From NCBI GenBank assembly GCA_002774225.1, contig PEYW01000029.1, forward strand, positions 1-37,566: 37,566 nt of DNA. Direction: 5' to 3'. The notes below the pieces were generated by a model. That model made no database searches, was not told where the DNA came from, and saw only the letters and a program-made list of their open reading frames with translations. This DNA comes from a candidate division WWE3 bacterium CG08_land_8_20_14_0_20_43_13. GTDB lineage: Bacteria > Patescibacteriota > WWE3 > PEYW01. A program made the position numbers and the translations under genes. Of the stretch, positions 1 through 9,783 are shown piece after piece. Within the stretch, counting starts at the first letter, position 1. Each line of letters opens with the position of its first letter.

Positions 1-46
1 TGCCTTTTTAACGATTGTTGATCAGACAACCGAAGTTCCAAGTATC

Positions 47-319
47 CTAACGAACCATGTCCTTTAAAGCCTTTCCGGAACGGAAAGCGGGACTCTTGCT
101 GGCGGCAATGTGCAAAGGAGCTCCAGTTTGAGGATTACGACCCATGCGAGGCTTGCGGGAACGGACTTCAAAAGTGCCAAAACCAGTAATGGTTACCTTC
201 TCACCACGAGCTAAAGCCGCGGAAATACCTTCAAATAAAACATCAACAAATCTTTTGGAATCGGATTTGGTCGCGCCTAGTTCGGCGGCCAAGTAATCAA
301 CTAAGTCAGTTTTAGTCAT
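47..319 (-). CDS. hup: HU-family nucleoid DNA-binding protein (90 aa; ORF-track TTG start at 355 trimmed to ATG at 319)
   Basis: MTKTDLVDYLA...ITGFGTFEVRSRKPRMGRNPQTGAPL...SGKALKD carries the HU/IHF beta-arm signature (R-x-GRNP-x-TG). The upstream extension contains a GGAGG-like motif, so it is probably 5'UTR. Confidence 0.9.
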   Translation of the reverse strand: MTKTDLVDYLAAELGATKSDSKRFVDVLFEGISAALARGEKVTITGFGTFEVRSRKPRMGRNPQTGAPLHIAASKSPAFRSGKALKDMVR

Positions 320-429
320 ACAAATTAAAAAGCGGGTGTCACCTCCTTTAAACAAAAACGGTAACGGCAGAAAATATTATGTAGACAGGGTAAAGTAGTC
401 ATCATAAAACAGGTTGTGTACTGATGTTA

Positions 430-460
430 TTTATACCAATATGAAATAGGTTGTTGTCAA
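430..460 (-). promoter_or_regulatory. Candidate hup promoter: perfect -35 TTGACA (455-460) with TATAAA (430-435, 19-nt spacer) or GGTATA (17-nt spacer)
   Basis: Read on the minus strand in the 212-nt AT-rich gap upstream of hup. The spacer/-10 combination is imperfect. Confidence 0.25.
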
Positions 461-566
461 GGGCTTTTTTAACTATAAAGATATTTTTGCCTACTAAATT
501 TAATACAGGACTAAATCTTAATCGTTACAGGAATACTGGGCAGAAAGGATTAGTACCTCTTAAGAC

Positions 567-1367
567 TCAAAGAAAAGTTTTGTCAATGCGAATAATACTC
601 ACCGCTTGCCTGTTTTTACCGATCTCAATTAAAACACTATTAAAAACCCGCGCCCCTTCCTCCACCCACTCAAATTTTGTTGGGTAAGGGTACATCAATG
701 TTTCAATAATTACCTCCTTTGTTACTCCTAGTACCGAATCATAAGCGCCAGCCATACCAACATCGCTAACAAAAGCTGTCCCTTTGGGCAGTATTCTTTG
801 ATCGCAAGTAGGAACATGGGTGTGAGTGCCCACCACCGCGGAAACGCGCCCATCTAAATACCAAGCCAAGGCCGCCTTTTCAGCGGTAGTTTCGGCATGG
901 ATATCCACAATCACAGCGGAATAATCAGAAGGATTGCACTCTCTAAAAATCTTATCTATTGCTCTAAAAGGGCAAGAGGCAGGACTGGCGGTAGGAGAAG
1001 ACATTAAACCCAAACCAAGCAAATTTACTACTAAAACAATCCCTTTTCTTCCTAAATCAAGTTCAATAATACCCGAACCAGGAATATCTTCCGGATAGTT
1101 GGCCGGACGGGCCAAAGGCAAATCGTCTATAACGCTGATGATATCTCTATGACGAAAAATGTGGTCGCCAGATGTAAAGCCATTTACACCAACTAGCCGC
1201 AACTCTTCTAGCCGATCGGCCGAGACCCCACGACCATGAAGAATATTTTCGGCATTAGCTAATACCAAATCTACTTTATTTTCCTCCTTAATGCGAGGCA
1301 GAGCCTCTGCTACTGCCTGCCGGCCAAGCTTTGCCACTACATCACCAATAAAAAGAATTTTAATCAT
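567..1367 (-). CDS. ymdB: YmdB-type metallophosphoesterase (2',3'-cyclic-nucleotide phosphodiesterase family)
   Basis: MIKILFIGDVV...NAEN..HG.G...GDH...DIHAETT.EK.A..WYLDGRVSAVVGTHTHV.T.D.RILPKGTA...DVGM.G matches the Bacillus YmdB pattern end to end. It lies immediately downstream of rny, as in Firmicutes. Confidence 0.85.
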   Translation of the reverse strand: MIKILFIGDVVAKLGRQAVAEALPRIKEENKVDLVLANAENILHGRGVSADRLEELRLVGVNGFTSGDHIFRHRDIISVIDDLPLARPANYPEDIPGSGIIELDLGRKGIVLVVNLLGLGLMSSPTASPASCPFRAIDKIFRECNPSDYSAVIVDIHAETTAEKAALAWYLDGRVSAVVGTHTHVPTCDQRILPKGTAFVSDVGMAGAYDSVLGVTKEVIIETLMYPYPTKFEWVEEGARVFNSVLIEIGKNRQAVSIIRIDKTFL

Positions 1368-1382
1368 CCCTAAATTAATAAA

Positions 1383-2945
1383 TTATCTTGCCATTTCAAC
1401 CGATCTAGTTTCTTTTATAACTGTCACCTTAACCTGCCCCGGATATGTTTGCTCGCTTTCAATTTTGTCGGCAATTGCCCTAGCAAGAACAGGAACCTTT
1501 GCGTCACTCAAACCTTCAGATTTAACAATAACACGAACCTCACGACCGGCAGAAACGGCGTAGGCCTCATGAACTTCCGGAAAAGAAGCGGCCGATTCCT
1601 CCAAAACGCGTATTCGTTCAATATATGCTTCATGATCTTCAAACCTAGCCCCAGGACGAGCGGCAGAAATTGCGTCTGCCAAGTAAACAATCACTGATTC
1701 CATTGAACTGAACGGCGCGTCTTCATGATGCTGCTCAACCGCATTAAGCACTTCTTTTGGCAAATTAAATTTCCTAAGTAAATCAACACCAAGCTGAACA
1801 TGCGTACCTTCCTCCTCGGTAATAACCTTGCCAATGTCGTGAAGTAAGCAGGCCAATCGTACTGTTCGAACATCCGCTCCAACTTCCATCGCCAAGGCCA
1901 CGCCAATCTTTACTACCTCCAATGTATGAGAAACCATATTTTGGCCATAGGAGCTGCGGTATTTAAATCTACCTAAAGTCAAAACAAGCCTTTCCGGCAG
2001 ATTAAAAACCTTGGCATCTAAACAAAGCTGATTACCGGCTTTTAAGATAGCCCGATCCACCTCTTTCTTGGCTCTTTGCACATACTCTTCTATCCGGGAA
2101 GGCTGAATCCGACCATCAGCTAAGAGCCTTTCTAACGCAAGTTTGGCGACCTCGCGCCTAACTGAATCAAAAGAAGATATTTGAATCGCGTCGGGTGTTT
2201 CATCTAAGATTACATCCACCCCGGTTTCTTTTTCAAACGACTTAATGTTACGGCCCTCCCTTCCGATTATACGGCCTTTCATTGATTCATCCGCCAAAGG
2301 AACAATTGACACGGTTGTTTCCGCTATGTAATCATGAGCACCTCGGCGCATTGCCTCCACCAAAATTTCCTTAGCCTTGTCATCCGATTGCTGTTTAATC
2401 GTTTCTTCCGCCTCTTTAATTTTTTGGCCGATAGCGATATCTAACTTTGATTGAACATTTGCCAAAATCTTTTCCCTTGCCTCATCGCGGCTCATTTGCG
2501 CCACCTGCTCAAACTTCTTGACAAGGTCCTGCCTTAACTTTTCTAAATCCTGCATTTTCTTGGAAATGCCCCTTTGCTGACCCTGAACATCGGTCTCTTT
2601 TTTCTCCAAGGAGGACAGTCGTTCCTCCAACTGCTCTTCTCTGCGGCTAAGACGTTTTTCCATTTCAAACATCTCTTGACGGGCTTTAGCCGATTCCGAT
2701 TCCGCCCGTCTCTTAATTTCTAGAGCTTCCTTTTCCGCCTCCAAAACCAACTCTTTAGCGCTAGCTTTGGCGGTAATAGCTTCCAGTGAAGACTCGAGAG
2801 AGGGTTTTACAGTAGCCTGGGCAGAAGTTTGAGGATACTCTTGCGAAGGAGAAGAAACGCTTGTTTTTTTTCGCTGGCTAGACCATAGGAATACCGCCCC
2901 GCCGGCCACAATAGCGGTTATTGATACCAAAATTACTGTTAACAT
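1383..2945 (-). CDS. rny: Ribonuclease Y (N-terminal TM helix, coiled coil, KH and HD domains)
   Basis: The N-terminal hydrophobic helix is followed by a long E/K-rich coiled coil, a KH motif (IIGREGRNIKSFE) and an HD motif (LLHDIGK). At 520 aa the length is typical. Confidence 0.93.
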   Translation of the reverse strand: MLTVILVSITAIVAGGAVFLWSSQRKKTSVSSPSQEYPQTSAQATVKPSLESSLEAITAKASAKELVLEAEKEALEIKRRAESESAKARQEMFEMEKRLSRREEQLEERLSSLEKKETDVQGQQRGISKKMQDLEKLRQDLVKKFEQVAQMSRDEAREKILANVQSKLDIAIGQKIKEAEETIKQQSDDKAKEILVEAMRRGAHDYIAETTVSIVPLADESMKGRIIGREGRNIKSFEKETGVDVILDETPDAIQISSFDSVRREVAKLALERLLADGRIQPSRIEEYVQRAKKEVDRAILKAGNQLCLDAKVFNLPERLVLTLGRFKYRSSYGQNMVSHTLEVVKIGVALAMEVGADVRTVRLACLLHDIGKVITEEEGTHVQLGVDLLRKFNLPKEVLNAVEQHHEDAPFSSMESVIVYLADAISAARPGARFEDHEAYIERIRVLEESAASFPEVHEAYAVSAGREVRVIVKSEGLSDAKVPVLARAIADKIESEQTYPGQVKVTVIKETRSVEMAR

Positions 2946-3010
2946 AGTAAAAAGCTGGTTGAGCTAAATTAAATAAATACATACACACCAACATAATAAA
3001 GCTTTTTGAT

Positions 3011-3667
3011 TTACCCGTCAAAGTTTTCGTAAGCTTCTTTTATCTCGTCCCAACCAAAACCGCGGCGGCGGAGAAAATCAAACAGTTTCTTTTTTGCCTG
3101 AACAGGAGAAAGTTTTTTATATTTTGGCCACACTTTTTGTGCCAAGGTGACAGCCCGCTGTTGATTAGTCTTTCCCAAGTCAAGCAGGGCCTGGGCGATA
3201 TCCTCATCACGCACCCCCTTAATTCGCAACTCTTGTTTAATAGTGTAATCACTCTTTGGTTGACGCGATTGAGCGCGAAAACTTGCCCACTGCTTGGCAA
3301 ATTCCTGATCGTTAAGGTAACCTCTTTCTTCCAAATAGTCGACGGTGCGCTCAATCGCGTTAAATAGATCTTCTTTGCCCAACCATCGCTGATAATGCTC
3401 CTCATATTTGGATATGCGGAAACGAAGATAGTTTGAAACTTCTTTTTTAGAGCGAGGGCGAAAAGAAATATAGTTAAAGGCACTGGCACGAAGACGAAGC
3501 GAAACATCTTGCCTAACAAGATCAGCAACTTGCTCTTGCGAAAGAATTTGCCCTTTTTTTAAGGAAATCGCTAAATCTACGAACAAGCCAAAAGAAAACT
3601 CACCATCAATGTAAACGCTAATCCGATTTACATTCTTAACTTGTGGTTGTAAAGAAGTAATGATCAA
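3011..3667 (-). CDS. recX: RecX regulatory protein (TTG start 2 nt after the recA stop)
   Basis: The N-terminus ITSLQPQVKNVNRISVYIDGEFSFGL resembles Firmicute RecX, and the body is repetitive and helical. It sits directly downstream of recA. Confidence 0.8.
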   Translation of the reverse strand: MIITSLQPQVKNVNRISVYIDGEFSFGLFVDLAISLKKGQILSQEQVADLVRQDVSLRLRASAFNYISFRPRSKKEVSNYLRFRISKYEEHYQRWLGKEDLFNAIERTVDYLEERGYLNDQEFAKQWASFRAQSRQPKSDYTIKQELRIKGVRDEDIAQALLDLGKTNQQRAVTLAQKVWPKYKKLSPVQAKKKLFDFLRRRGFGWDEIKEAYENFDG

Positions 3668-3669
3668 AA

Positions 3670-4746
3670 TTATTCTTCGTTCTCACCAGATTTCTCTTTT
3701 GAGGATTCCCCAACCGCCAACGGTAATTCTTTATCTTGGTTAATTTGAGCTCTTATCTGTTGCTCTAAACGGGCAGCCAATTCTTTATTTTCCACTAAAA
3801 ATGACTTGGCGCCCTCTCGACCCTGACCAAGCCTAGTCTCGCCCATGCTAAACCAAGCACCGCTCTTTTGCACCAAGTCCAAATCCACCCCCACGTCAAT
3901 CAAACCACCCTCGTGGCTTATGCCTTTGTCAAACATTATGTCAAATTCCGCCTGCCTAAAAGGTGCCGCCACCTTATTTTTTACTACTTTAACACGCACA
4001 TGGTTACCGGATACCACATCACCTTCTTTAATTGATTCCACTCGACGAATATCCAGCCGCACGGAAGCATAGAATTTTAGGGCGTTGCCGCCGGTAGTGG
4101 TTTCCGGATTGCCGAACATTACTCCAATTTTCATGCGAATCTGGTTGGTAAAAACAACGGTGCAAGAAGTGCGGCTAATTGCTCCGGCTAATTTACGCAT
4201 TGCTTGGGACATTAGACGCGCCTGCAAGCCCATGTGAGAATCACCCATCTCCCCTTCGATCTCTGCCCGCGGCACCAACGCCGCCACTGAATCAATAACA
4301 ACAAGATCCACCGCCCCGGAACGAACAAGTGTTTCAACAATCTCCAAAGCTTGTTCACCAGTGTCTGGCTGACTAATAAGTAAATTCTTTACATCCACCC
4401 CAATTCGCCCGGCATACATTGGATCTAAAGCGTGCTCTGCGTCAATAAAAGCCGCGGTACCGCCCAATCGTTGACATTGCGCCACCGCATGCAAAGTTAA
4501 GGTGGTTTTACCAGAGGATTCTGGACCAAAAATTTCAATAATCCGTCCTTTAGGTAAACCGCCAACCCCCAAAGCGATGTCAAGAGCGATAGAGCCGGTG
4601 GGAATGATCTCCACATTTAAGTGTCGGCGCTCCCCCAAACGCATAATGGAACCTTTTCCGTAATCTTTTTCTATTTGGGCAATGGCAGAATTAAGAGCTT
4701 GAAGCTTCTGGGTTTGTTGCGCAATCGGTACTGCTGGTTCTGGCAT
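3670..4746 (-). CDS. recA: Recombinase RecA (358 aa; ORF-track start 4794 trimmed to ATG 4746)
   Basis: Walker [29 protein letters not shown] and [37 protein letters not shown] are all canonical RecA blocks. Confidence 0.97.
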   Translation of the reverse strand: MPEPAVPIAQQTQKLQALNSAIAQIEKDYGKGSIMRLGERRHLNVEIIPTGSIALDIALGVGGLPKGRIIEIFGPESSGKTTLTLHAVAQCQRLGGTAAFIDAEHALDPMYAGRIGVDVKNLLISQPDTGEQALEIVETLVRSGAVDLVVIDSVAALVPRAEIEGEMGDSHMGLQARLMSQAMRKLAGAISRTSCTVVFTNQIRMKIGVMFGNPETTTGGNALKFYASVRLDIRRVESIKEGDVVSGNHVRVKVVKNKVAAPFRQAEFDIMFDKGISHEGGLIDVGVDLDLVQKSGAWFSMGETRLGQGREGAKSFLVENKELAARLEQQIRAQINQDKELPLAVGESSKEKSGENEE

Positions 4747-4769
4747 AAAGCATGATGTAAAATTAAAAT

Positions 4770-5378
4770 ATGAGTATCTTCTTAAAAATACCACATAATG
4801 CCGAACAGGAAAAAGATATCAGAACATCAACAGGCAACATAAGAAGGCTTGCCGCAATAAGTGAGGGTGAGGAGACAAAGAAATCTAAAGTATTTTTGTC
4901 GTCAGAGAAAGCTGGAAACACTAGAGAAGTTGGAACATTCATAAAAAAGGAATTCACCTCAATGCAAAGAGCATTAAACGAAGCAATGAAGGCAGATAGA
5001 ATGAGAAAGGTCGGTTTACCCGTACCAAATACCATTAGATATTTTGAAGATGATGAAGGAAAACCCAGCCTTCTAATCTCCGATCTTAGTGTTAGCGGTG
5101 AAAAACAAGTGTGGTCAATAAACAATAATCAGCAAGAGCTTGCTCTAAGCCAAGACGAGAGGGACTTTGTAGAAGAGAGAGTTAAGAAAATAGGACTAGA
5201 GGCAGCGAAAAAAGGTTTCATGATAAATGCAGACGCCTATTTTATAGTTAAAGATGGACAAAACATAGAAATCGTAATTGGTGATTTTGGAATTGGTGTA
5301 GCGCAAAGCAATATGAACACAGAAAAAACAAAAATCTTCAATACGCGAATGGCTTCAAGATTTAACAACTTCCTGTAG
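4770..5378 (+). CDS. Hypothetical protein, 202 aa (start uncertain; internal ATG at 4962 would give 138 aa); possible degenerate protein-kinase-like fold
   Basis: This is the only long ORF here, and its antisense partner (4763-5125) looks like a low-complexity shadow. It is visibly A-rich and K/E-rich. Its motifs are [28 protein letters not shown] and IGDFGIG. I recognise no confident homolog. Confidence 0.5.
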   Translation: MSIFLKIPHNAEQEKDIRTSTGNIRRLAAISEGEETKKSKVFLSSEKAGNTREVGTFIKKEFTSMQRALNEAMKADRMRKVGLPVPNTIRYFEDDEGKPSLLISDLSVSGEKQVWSINNNQQELALSQDERDFVEERVKKIGLEAAKKGFMINADAYFIVKDGQNIEIVIGDFGIGVAQSNMNTEKTKIFNTRMASRFNNFL

Positions 5379-5415
5379 GCAATACAGGTAAAACAAATCT
5401 AATCTTAACAAACAT

Positions 5416-6477
5416 ATGAGACAAAAAAATAAAGTACCTGTAAAAAATACAATTTTAGTCGCTATGTCGGGCGGAATAGACTCCAGTATCACCGCTATTT
5501 TGCTTAAAAAGCAGGGGAACAATGTTGCTGGGGTCACTTTTACCCACCAGCTCCAAAAAGACGCTACCGCCGCCTCCAGAGCCTCGCAGGTATGCCAGAA
5601 GTATGAAATCCCTCACCACACGGTAAATTTAGAAGAAGAATTTAAGAAAACAGTATTGGCTGAATTTAGAGGCGATCTGCTGGCAGGCAAGACACCTAAC
5701 CCCTGCGTTTTTTGCAATCGTTTCTTCAAGTTCGCTAACCTTATTAAACTGGCCGATCAGCTTGGATACGAAAGAATTGCCACCGGCCATTACGCTAGAG
5801 TGGTTGAAAATAATGATAACATACAATTAAAAAAAGCAGCCGATACTACCAAGGACCAAACCTATTACTTAGCAATGTTAACACAAAAACAGCTCTCCCG
5901 ATGCCTATTCCCTCTTGGCGAATACACAAAAAATGAAGTTCGGAATATAGCAAAAAAGGAGGGTTTAGATTTTTTGCTCCACCAGCAGGAGAGCCAAGAT
6001 TTATGTTTTGTCATCCAGAAAAATGTTACTGAATTTATTAAGCGGGACATTCAAGAACAGCCAGGACAAATAATAGATACGCAAGGAAATATCCTCGGAA
6101 AGCACACCAGTCTATGGCGATACACATTAGGCCAAAAAAGGTCTTTAAATTTGCCGGTTCCTATACCATACTTTGTAGTAGAAAAAGACAATAATACCAA
6201 TACTCTAATAGTCAGTGCCAATCCCCACGATCCGCGATTATTTTCCACAAAAGCCTTTATTGAACCGGTGAATTATATTTCCGACACTAAATTGCCTCTC
6301 GCCTGTCAAGCCCAAATAAGGTATCAGAGCCAACTTGCGTCGGTTGTTGTGAGAAAAAACAAGGACGGCCGCATCCAAGTAGTATTTACAGAGCCACAAA
6401 AAGCCCTTACTCCAGGACAATATATAGTTTTTTATCAGGGCGATATTTGCTTGGGAGGAGGAAAAATTAGCGCTTAG
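5416..6477 (+). CDS. mnmA: tRNA-specific 2-thiouridylase MnmA
   Basis: PP-loop VAMSGGIDSS, NPC..CN, ATGHYAR and KDQ.YYL are MnmA/TrmU blocks. Length is 353 aa. Confidence 0.93.
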   Translation: MRQKNKVPVKNTILVAMSGGIDSSITAILLKKQGNNVAGVTFTHQLQKDATAASRASQVCQKYEIPHHTVNLEEEFKKTVLAEFRGDLLAGKTPNPCVFCNRFFKFANLIKLADQLGYERIATGHYARVVENNDNIQLKKAADTTKDQTYYLAMLTQKQLSRCLFPLGEYTKNEVRNIAKKEGLDFLLHQQESQDLCFVIQKNVTEFIKRDIQEQPGQIIDTQGNILGKHTSLWRYTLGQKRSLNLPVPIPYFVVEKDNNTNTLIVSANPHDPRLFSTKAFIEPVNYISDTKLPLACQAQIRYQSQLASVVVRKNKDGRIQVVFTEPQKALTPGQYIVFYQGDICLGGGKISA

Positions 6478-6931
6478 AAAACTGATGGGCGCGGCGAGCT
6501 TTATGGAGATTATACTTTTTAGTTTCTACCATACGCGGGTCGCGGGTGAGAAGACCGCGCTTACGCAAAACCTCCCGTTGAGAAGGATCAAATTCCAAAA
6601 CTGCTCTAGCTAAGCCTAGACGAAGGGCATCAAGCTGACCAGTTATACCTCCCCCATTAATTTTAGCGGAAAAACAGACTTTATTTATTGGCAGAGCGCA
6701 AGCAAAAAGAGGTTCTAAATACCGTTGGCGAAGATCTTCCCCAGGAAAGTATTGTTCTACCGAAATACCGTTAACAATCATTTGACCAACCTTTGATAAA
6801 GAGGGCTCGCCTTTTGGGTAGAACCATACCCTAGCTACGGAAGTTTTACGGCGCCCTAATCCAGAATACTCAATTTTTAAACCCAGTTGGGCAATACTAT
6901 CTTTGTTTTTGTCAATATTTCTTTGAGACAT
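6467..6931 (-). CDS. rpsI: 30S ribosomal protein S9 (ATG 6931; ORF-track TTG 6964 would overlap rplM)
   Basis: GRRKTSVARVW, the C-terminal RD.R.VE.KKYG-like block and the ...RRA.QFSKR ending are typical of S9. It follows rplM. Confidence 0.93.
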   Translation of the reverse strand: MSQRNIDKNKDSIAQLGLKIEYSGLGRRKTSVARVWFYPKGEPSLSKVGQMIVNGISVEQYFPGEDLRQRYLEPLFACALPINKVCFSAKINGGGITGQLDALRLGLARAVLEFDPSQREVLRKRGLLTRDPRMVETKKYNLHKARRAHQFSKR

Positions 6932-6941
6932 ATTAAAAAAT

Positions 6942-7373
6942 CTAATCGCGTTCTGATGCTCCAATTTGAGCTTTGTGAGGGGTTTCCTCGCCTCTATAAA
7001 TTTTTAAACGGGTCATCTGACGATCGGCTAACTTATTCTTAGGCAACATCCCCTTAACTGCTAATCTAATGATCTCTTCCGGATGGCGCTGCTGCAACTT
7101 ATCAAACCGTTCCTGTTTTAAGTTGCCAATGTACCCGGAATGACGGTAGTACATTTTTTTAGTCTCTTTACCACGAGTCAGTTGTACTTGAGAAGCATTA
7201 GTCACAACAACATAATCCCCACAATCAATATTTGGAGTATAGTGCGGTTTTCCTTTACCACGGAGGAGACTGGCTACTGTTGTAGCCTGTCTTCCCAAGA
7301 CCTCACCGCCAACATCAATATGGTGCCAAGCTCTTTTTACTTGTTCTAACTTAACCGATAATGTTTTATCCAT
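6942..7373 (-). CDS. rplM: 50S ribosomal protein L13
   Basis: W..IDV.G..LGR.A..VA.LLRGKGKP.YTP..D.GD.VVV.NA is the L13 signature. Confidence 0.95.
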   Translation of the reverse strand: MDKTLSVKLEQVKRAWHHIDVGGEVLGRQATTVASLLRGKGKPHYTPNIDCGDYVVVTNASQVQLTRGKETKKMYYRHSGYIGNLKQERFDKLQQRHPEEIIRLAVKGMLPKNKLADRQMTRLKIYRGEETPHKAQIGASERD

Positions 7374-7377
7374 ACAG

Positions 7378-7821
7378 TTAACTTTGATTTTCTAAGGTTT
7401 CTTGAACTTTACCTGACTTATTTTCAGATTTTTTGGCGGTCGGCTGATCAAAAACCTTTTTAATGGGATTATCTATTAACTCTAAACGAGCCATTTCCGC
7501 GGAATCGCCTTTTCTAAAATTAAGCCTAATCAAACGAGTATAACCACCCGACCTGTTTATAAACAACGGAACTATTTTTTCCCACAAGTTAGAAAAGGAT
7601 TCTTTGTTATTCAAAAAAGTTAGCAGTTCTCTACATTGGTAAAGACCTTGCTGCTTAGCTTTGGTTATTAATTTTTCAACCACCGGCCTAATCATGCGAG
7701 CTTTAGCTCCAGTAGTTTCTAAATACCCGCGGATAAAAAAACTCGATGCCATATTGCGGCGCATCGCCTTTAGATGATCCCTTTGTTTATTTAATTTTAA
7801 CCGTTTAACTCTATGGCGCAT
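7378..7821 (-). CDS. rplQ: 50S ribosomal protein L17 (with a ~30-aa C-terminal extension)
   Basis: MRHRVKRLKLNK...RRNMA and GGYTRL.RL..R.GD.AEMA..EL are L17 blocks. It follows rpoA. Confidence 0.93.
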   Translation of the reverse strand: MRHRVKRLKLNKQRDHLKAMRRNMASSFFIRGYLETTGAKARMIRPVVEKLITKAKQQGLYQCRELLTFLNNKESFSNLWEKIVPLFINRSGGYTRLIRLNFRKGDSAEMARLELIDNPIKKVFDQPTAKKSENKSGKVQETLENQS

Positions 7822-7830
7822 AAGAACTAA

Positions 7831-8763
7831 TTATGATACAAAGCCTTCTGACTCCAAAGTTTTTTTGATTTTTTCCAAGGATTTTCCACCCACATTTCTG
7901 ATTTTTCGCAGAGTCTCCTCGGAAGTTTTGGACAAGTCTCCCAAGGTTTCGATGCCGCCTTTCTTTAAACTGTTTATAATTCTAATCGGTAAATTCAAAT
8001 CGTCAACCGGAATATCTTTATCTTTAGCCGAAAGAATGTCTTCCTCATTTTCAACTACAGCATCTTGATCGGGTAAAGCCTTAACCACCTGACCCATTTT
8101 TAAACGATCAAAATAATCACCCAAAATAGTGGCGGCGTGGACAAAAGCCTGTTGGGGAGAGATACTGCCATCGGTGGTAATATCCAAAGTCAATTTATCC
8201 AAATTTGTTTGCTGGCCAACACGGGCGGTGTTAACCTCGTAGGACACGGAAAAAACAGGACTATAAATACTGTCCAAGACAATCACTCCAAGTTTATCTG
8301 ATTCCTGCCCGTCACACATTGTGTAACCATAACCTGGTGAGGCCAATATCTCCATCTCCAATTTAACATTTTTGTCGGACAAATCCGCGATAACCAAGTC
8401 CTTATTAATCACCTCACAGTCACCACCAGTTTTAATATCCGCCGCGGTAACTTCCCCTGGACCCTGTTTGCTAATCTGCAAAACCACGGTTTGGTCACCA
8501 AAAATCTTTAGCCTTATTTGCTTAAGACGCAAAGTTAGTTCCAAAACATCCTGCTTAACACCAGGGACATTAGAAAACTTATGAGAAACGCCTTTTATCT
8601 TAACCTGGGTTACCGCCGCGCCTTTAATCTGGCTAAGCAATATACGACGCAAAGAATTCCCTAAGGTATGACCAAACCCGGTAGGAAGAGGACTTACTTC
8701 CAATAAGCCTCTATTTTTGGATTGGCTAATCAACTTAACACTAACATCTGATGGTAAAATCAT
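7831..8763 (-). CDS. rpoA: DNA-directed RNA polymerase alpha subunit
   Basis: GFGHTLGNSLRRILLS is present in the N-terminal domain, and the C-terminal domain carries the L.LP.R..N.LKK.GI.T.GDL helix-hairpin-helix. Confidence 0.95.
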   Translation of the reverse strand: MILPSDVSVKLISQSKNRGLLEVSPLPTGFGHTLGNSLRRILLSQIKGAAVTQVKIKGVSHKFSNVPGVKQDVLELTLRLKQIRLKIFGDQTVVLQISKQGPGEVTAADIKTGGDCEVINKDLVIADLSDKNVKLEMEILASPGYGYTMCDGQESDKLGVIVLDSIYSPVFSVSYEVNTARVGQQTNLDKLTLDITTDGSISPQQAFVHAATILGDYFDRLKMGQVVKALPDQDAVVENEEDILSAKDKDIPVDDLNLPIRIINSLKKGGIETLGDLSKTSEETLRKIRNVGGKSLEKIKKTLESEGFVS

Positions 8764-8766
8764 AAA

Positions 8767-9366
8767 TTACCTTGAGTAATGCTCAATAATTAACTGTTCA
8801 TTAATATCTTGATTAATCTGTTCTCTTTTTGGGTATTTTTCCATAGTACCTCGCTTTTTTGAAATGTCCCAAGAAAGCCATGCTGGCAAAGCAGCATCGC
8901 GAACTAGCGGTTGATCCTTGTTGGTAAAGGATATCACTAAACCTGGCTTAACTTTAAAAGAAGGAGATTTTACCACCTTTTCCCCCACCTGAATTCTGCC
9001 ATATCTAATAAACTGCCTAGCTTGACCGCGGGAAGCAGTCATTCCCAAAGAGTACACAATGTTATCCAAACGGCTCTCTAACAGAGCCATAAAGGCATGA
9101 CCCACATTGCCAGTTTCCAAAGAAGCGATTTCAAAGTATCGTCTAAATTGCCTCTCTAAAAGACCGTATGTTCTCTTTGCTTTTTGCTTTTCTCTTAAGC
9201 CGCGGCCATAGTCAGAAAGCCTTTTACGAGAGGTGCCATGAACACCGGGAGCTTGTTGGCGACGCGTTAGACCACATTTATCAGACAAACAGCGGCTGCC
9301 TTTAATAAAAAGTTTTGCTCCTTCACGGCGGCATAATTTGCATTTTGGTCCAATATATCTAGCCAT
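8767..9366 (-). CDS. rpsD: 30S ribosomal protein S4 (Cys4 zinc-finger form)
   Basis: MARYIGPKCKLCRREG...C...KC at the N-terminus, plus YG..L.EKQK and an S4 RNA-binding domain. Confidence 0.95.
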   Translation of the reverse strand: MARYIGPKCKLCRREGAKLFIKGSRCLSDKCGLTRRQQAPGVHGTSRKRLSDYGRGLREKQKAKRTYGLLERQFRRYFEIASLETGNVGHAFMALLESRLDNIVYSLGMTASRGQARQFIRYGRIQVGEKVVKSPSFKVKPGLVISFTNKDQPLVRDAALPAWLSWDISKKRGTMEKYPKREQINQDINEQLIIEHYSR

Positions 9367-9377
9367 ATAATCAAATC

Positions 9378-9779
9378 CTATACCTTACGCCTGTTTTTGG
9401 GACGGCATCCATTATGAGGCAGAGGAGTTGTATCTGCAATTGACCGAACCCTTAAACCGGCGGTTCTCAACATTTTTACTGCTCCAATCCTTCCCGGACC
9501 AGGTCCTTTAACAAAAACGGAAACCTCATTAACACCCAAATTGATAGCTCTTTTAGCCGCGTCTTCCGCTGCCTTTTCTGCCGCGTAGGATGTTGATTTT
9601 CTCGTCCCTTTAAAACCCATACGGCCGCAACTACTAGAACAAACTGTTTTACCGCTCAAGTCGGTAATTGTGATAATAGTATTGTTAAAAGAAGCGGTCA
9701 CAACCGCTCTCCCAGAAGATGAGTATCTCTTTTTTCTTCTATCCACGCTTGTACTGACAGGCTTAGTTTGTTCTTCCAT
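9378..9779 (-). CDS. rpsK: 30S ribosomal protein S11
   Basis: FNNTIITITD..G, GFKG.RKST.YAA and ITD.TP.PHNGCRP.K.RR are S11 blocks. Confidence 0.95.
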   Translation of the reverse strand: MEEQTKPVSTSVDRRKKRYSSSGRAVVTASFNNTIITITDLSGKTVCSSSCGRMGFKGTRKSTSYAAEKAAEDAAKRAINLGVNEVSVFVKGPGPGRIGAVKMLRTAGLRVRSIADTTPLPHNGCRPKNRRKV

Positions 9780-9783
9780 AAAC

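Noticed and set aside
47-355. N-terminal extensions in the ORF track for hup, recA, rpsI, rplO, rplR, rplF, rpsH, rpsN, rplE, rpsQ, rplP, rplV, rplB, rplD, rpsG, mltG and the 505-aa protein
   Set aside because: The extensions start at TTG or GTG, overlap the upstream gene or its stop, and add residues that are absent from canonical N-termini. I trimmed each to the ATG that aligns with the family N-terminus.
451-479. Plus-strand promoter-like TTGTTG - 17 nt - TATAAA
   Set aside because: There is no plausible plus-strand gene downstream; it would only drive antisense transcription into ymdB. The region is AT-rich, so such matches are expected by chance.
4747-4860. SOS (LexA/Cheo-box, GAAC-N4-GTTC) operator or a clear promoter upstream of recA
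   Set aside because: No GAAC-N4-GTTC or CTGT-N8-ACAG motif is present. I found only weak -35/-10 combinations, so I call no regulatory site.
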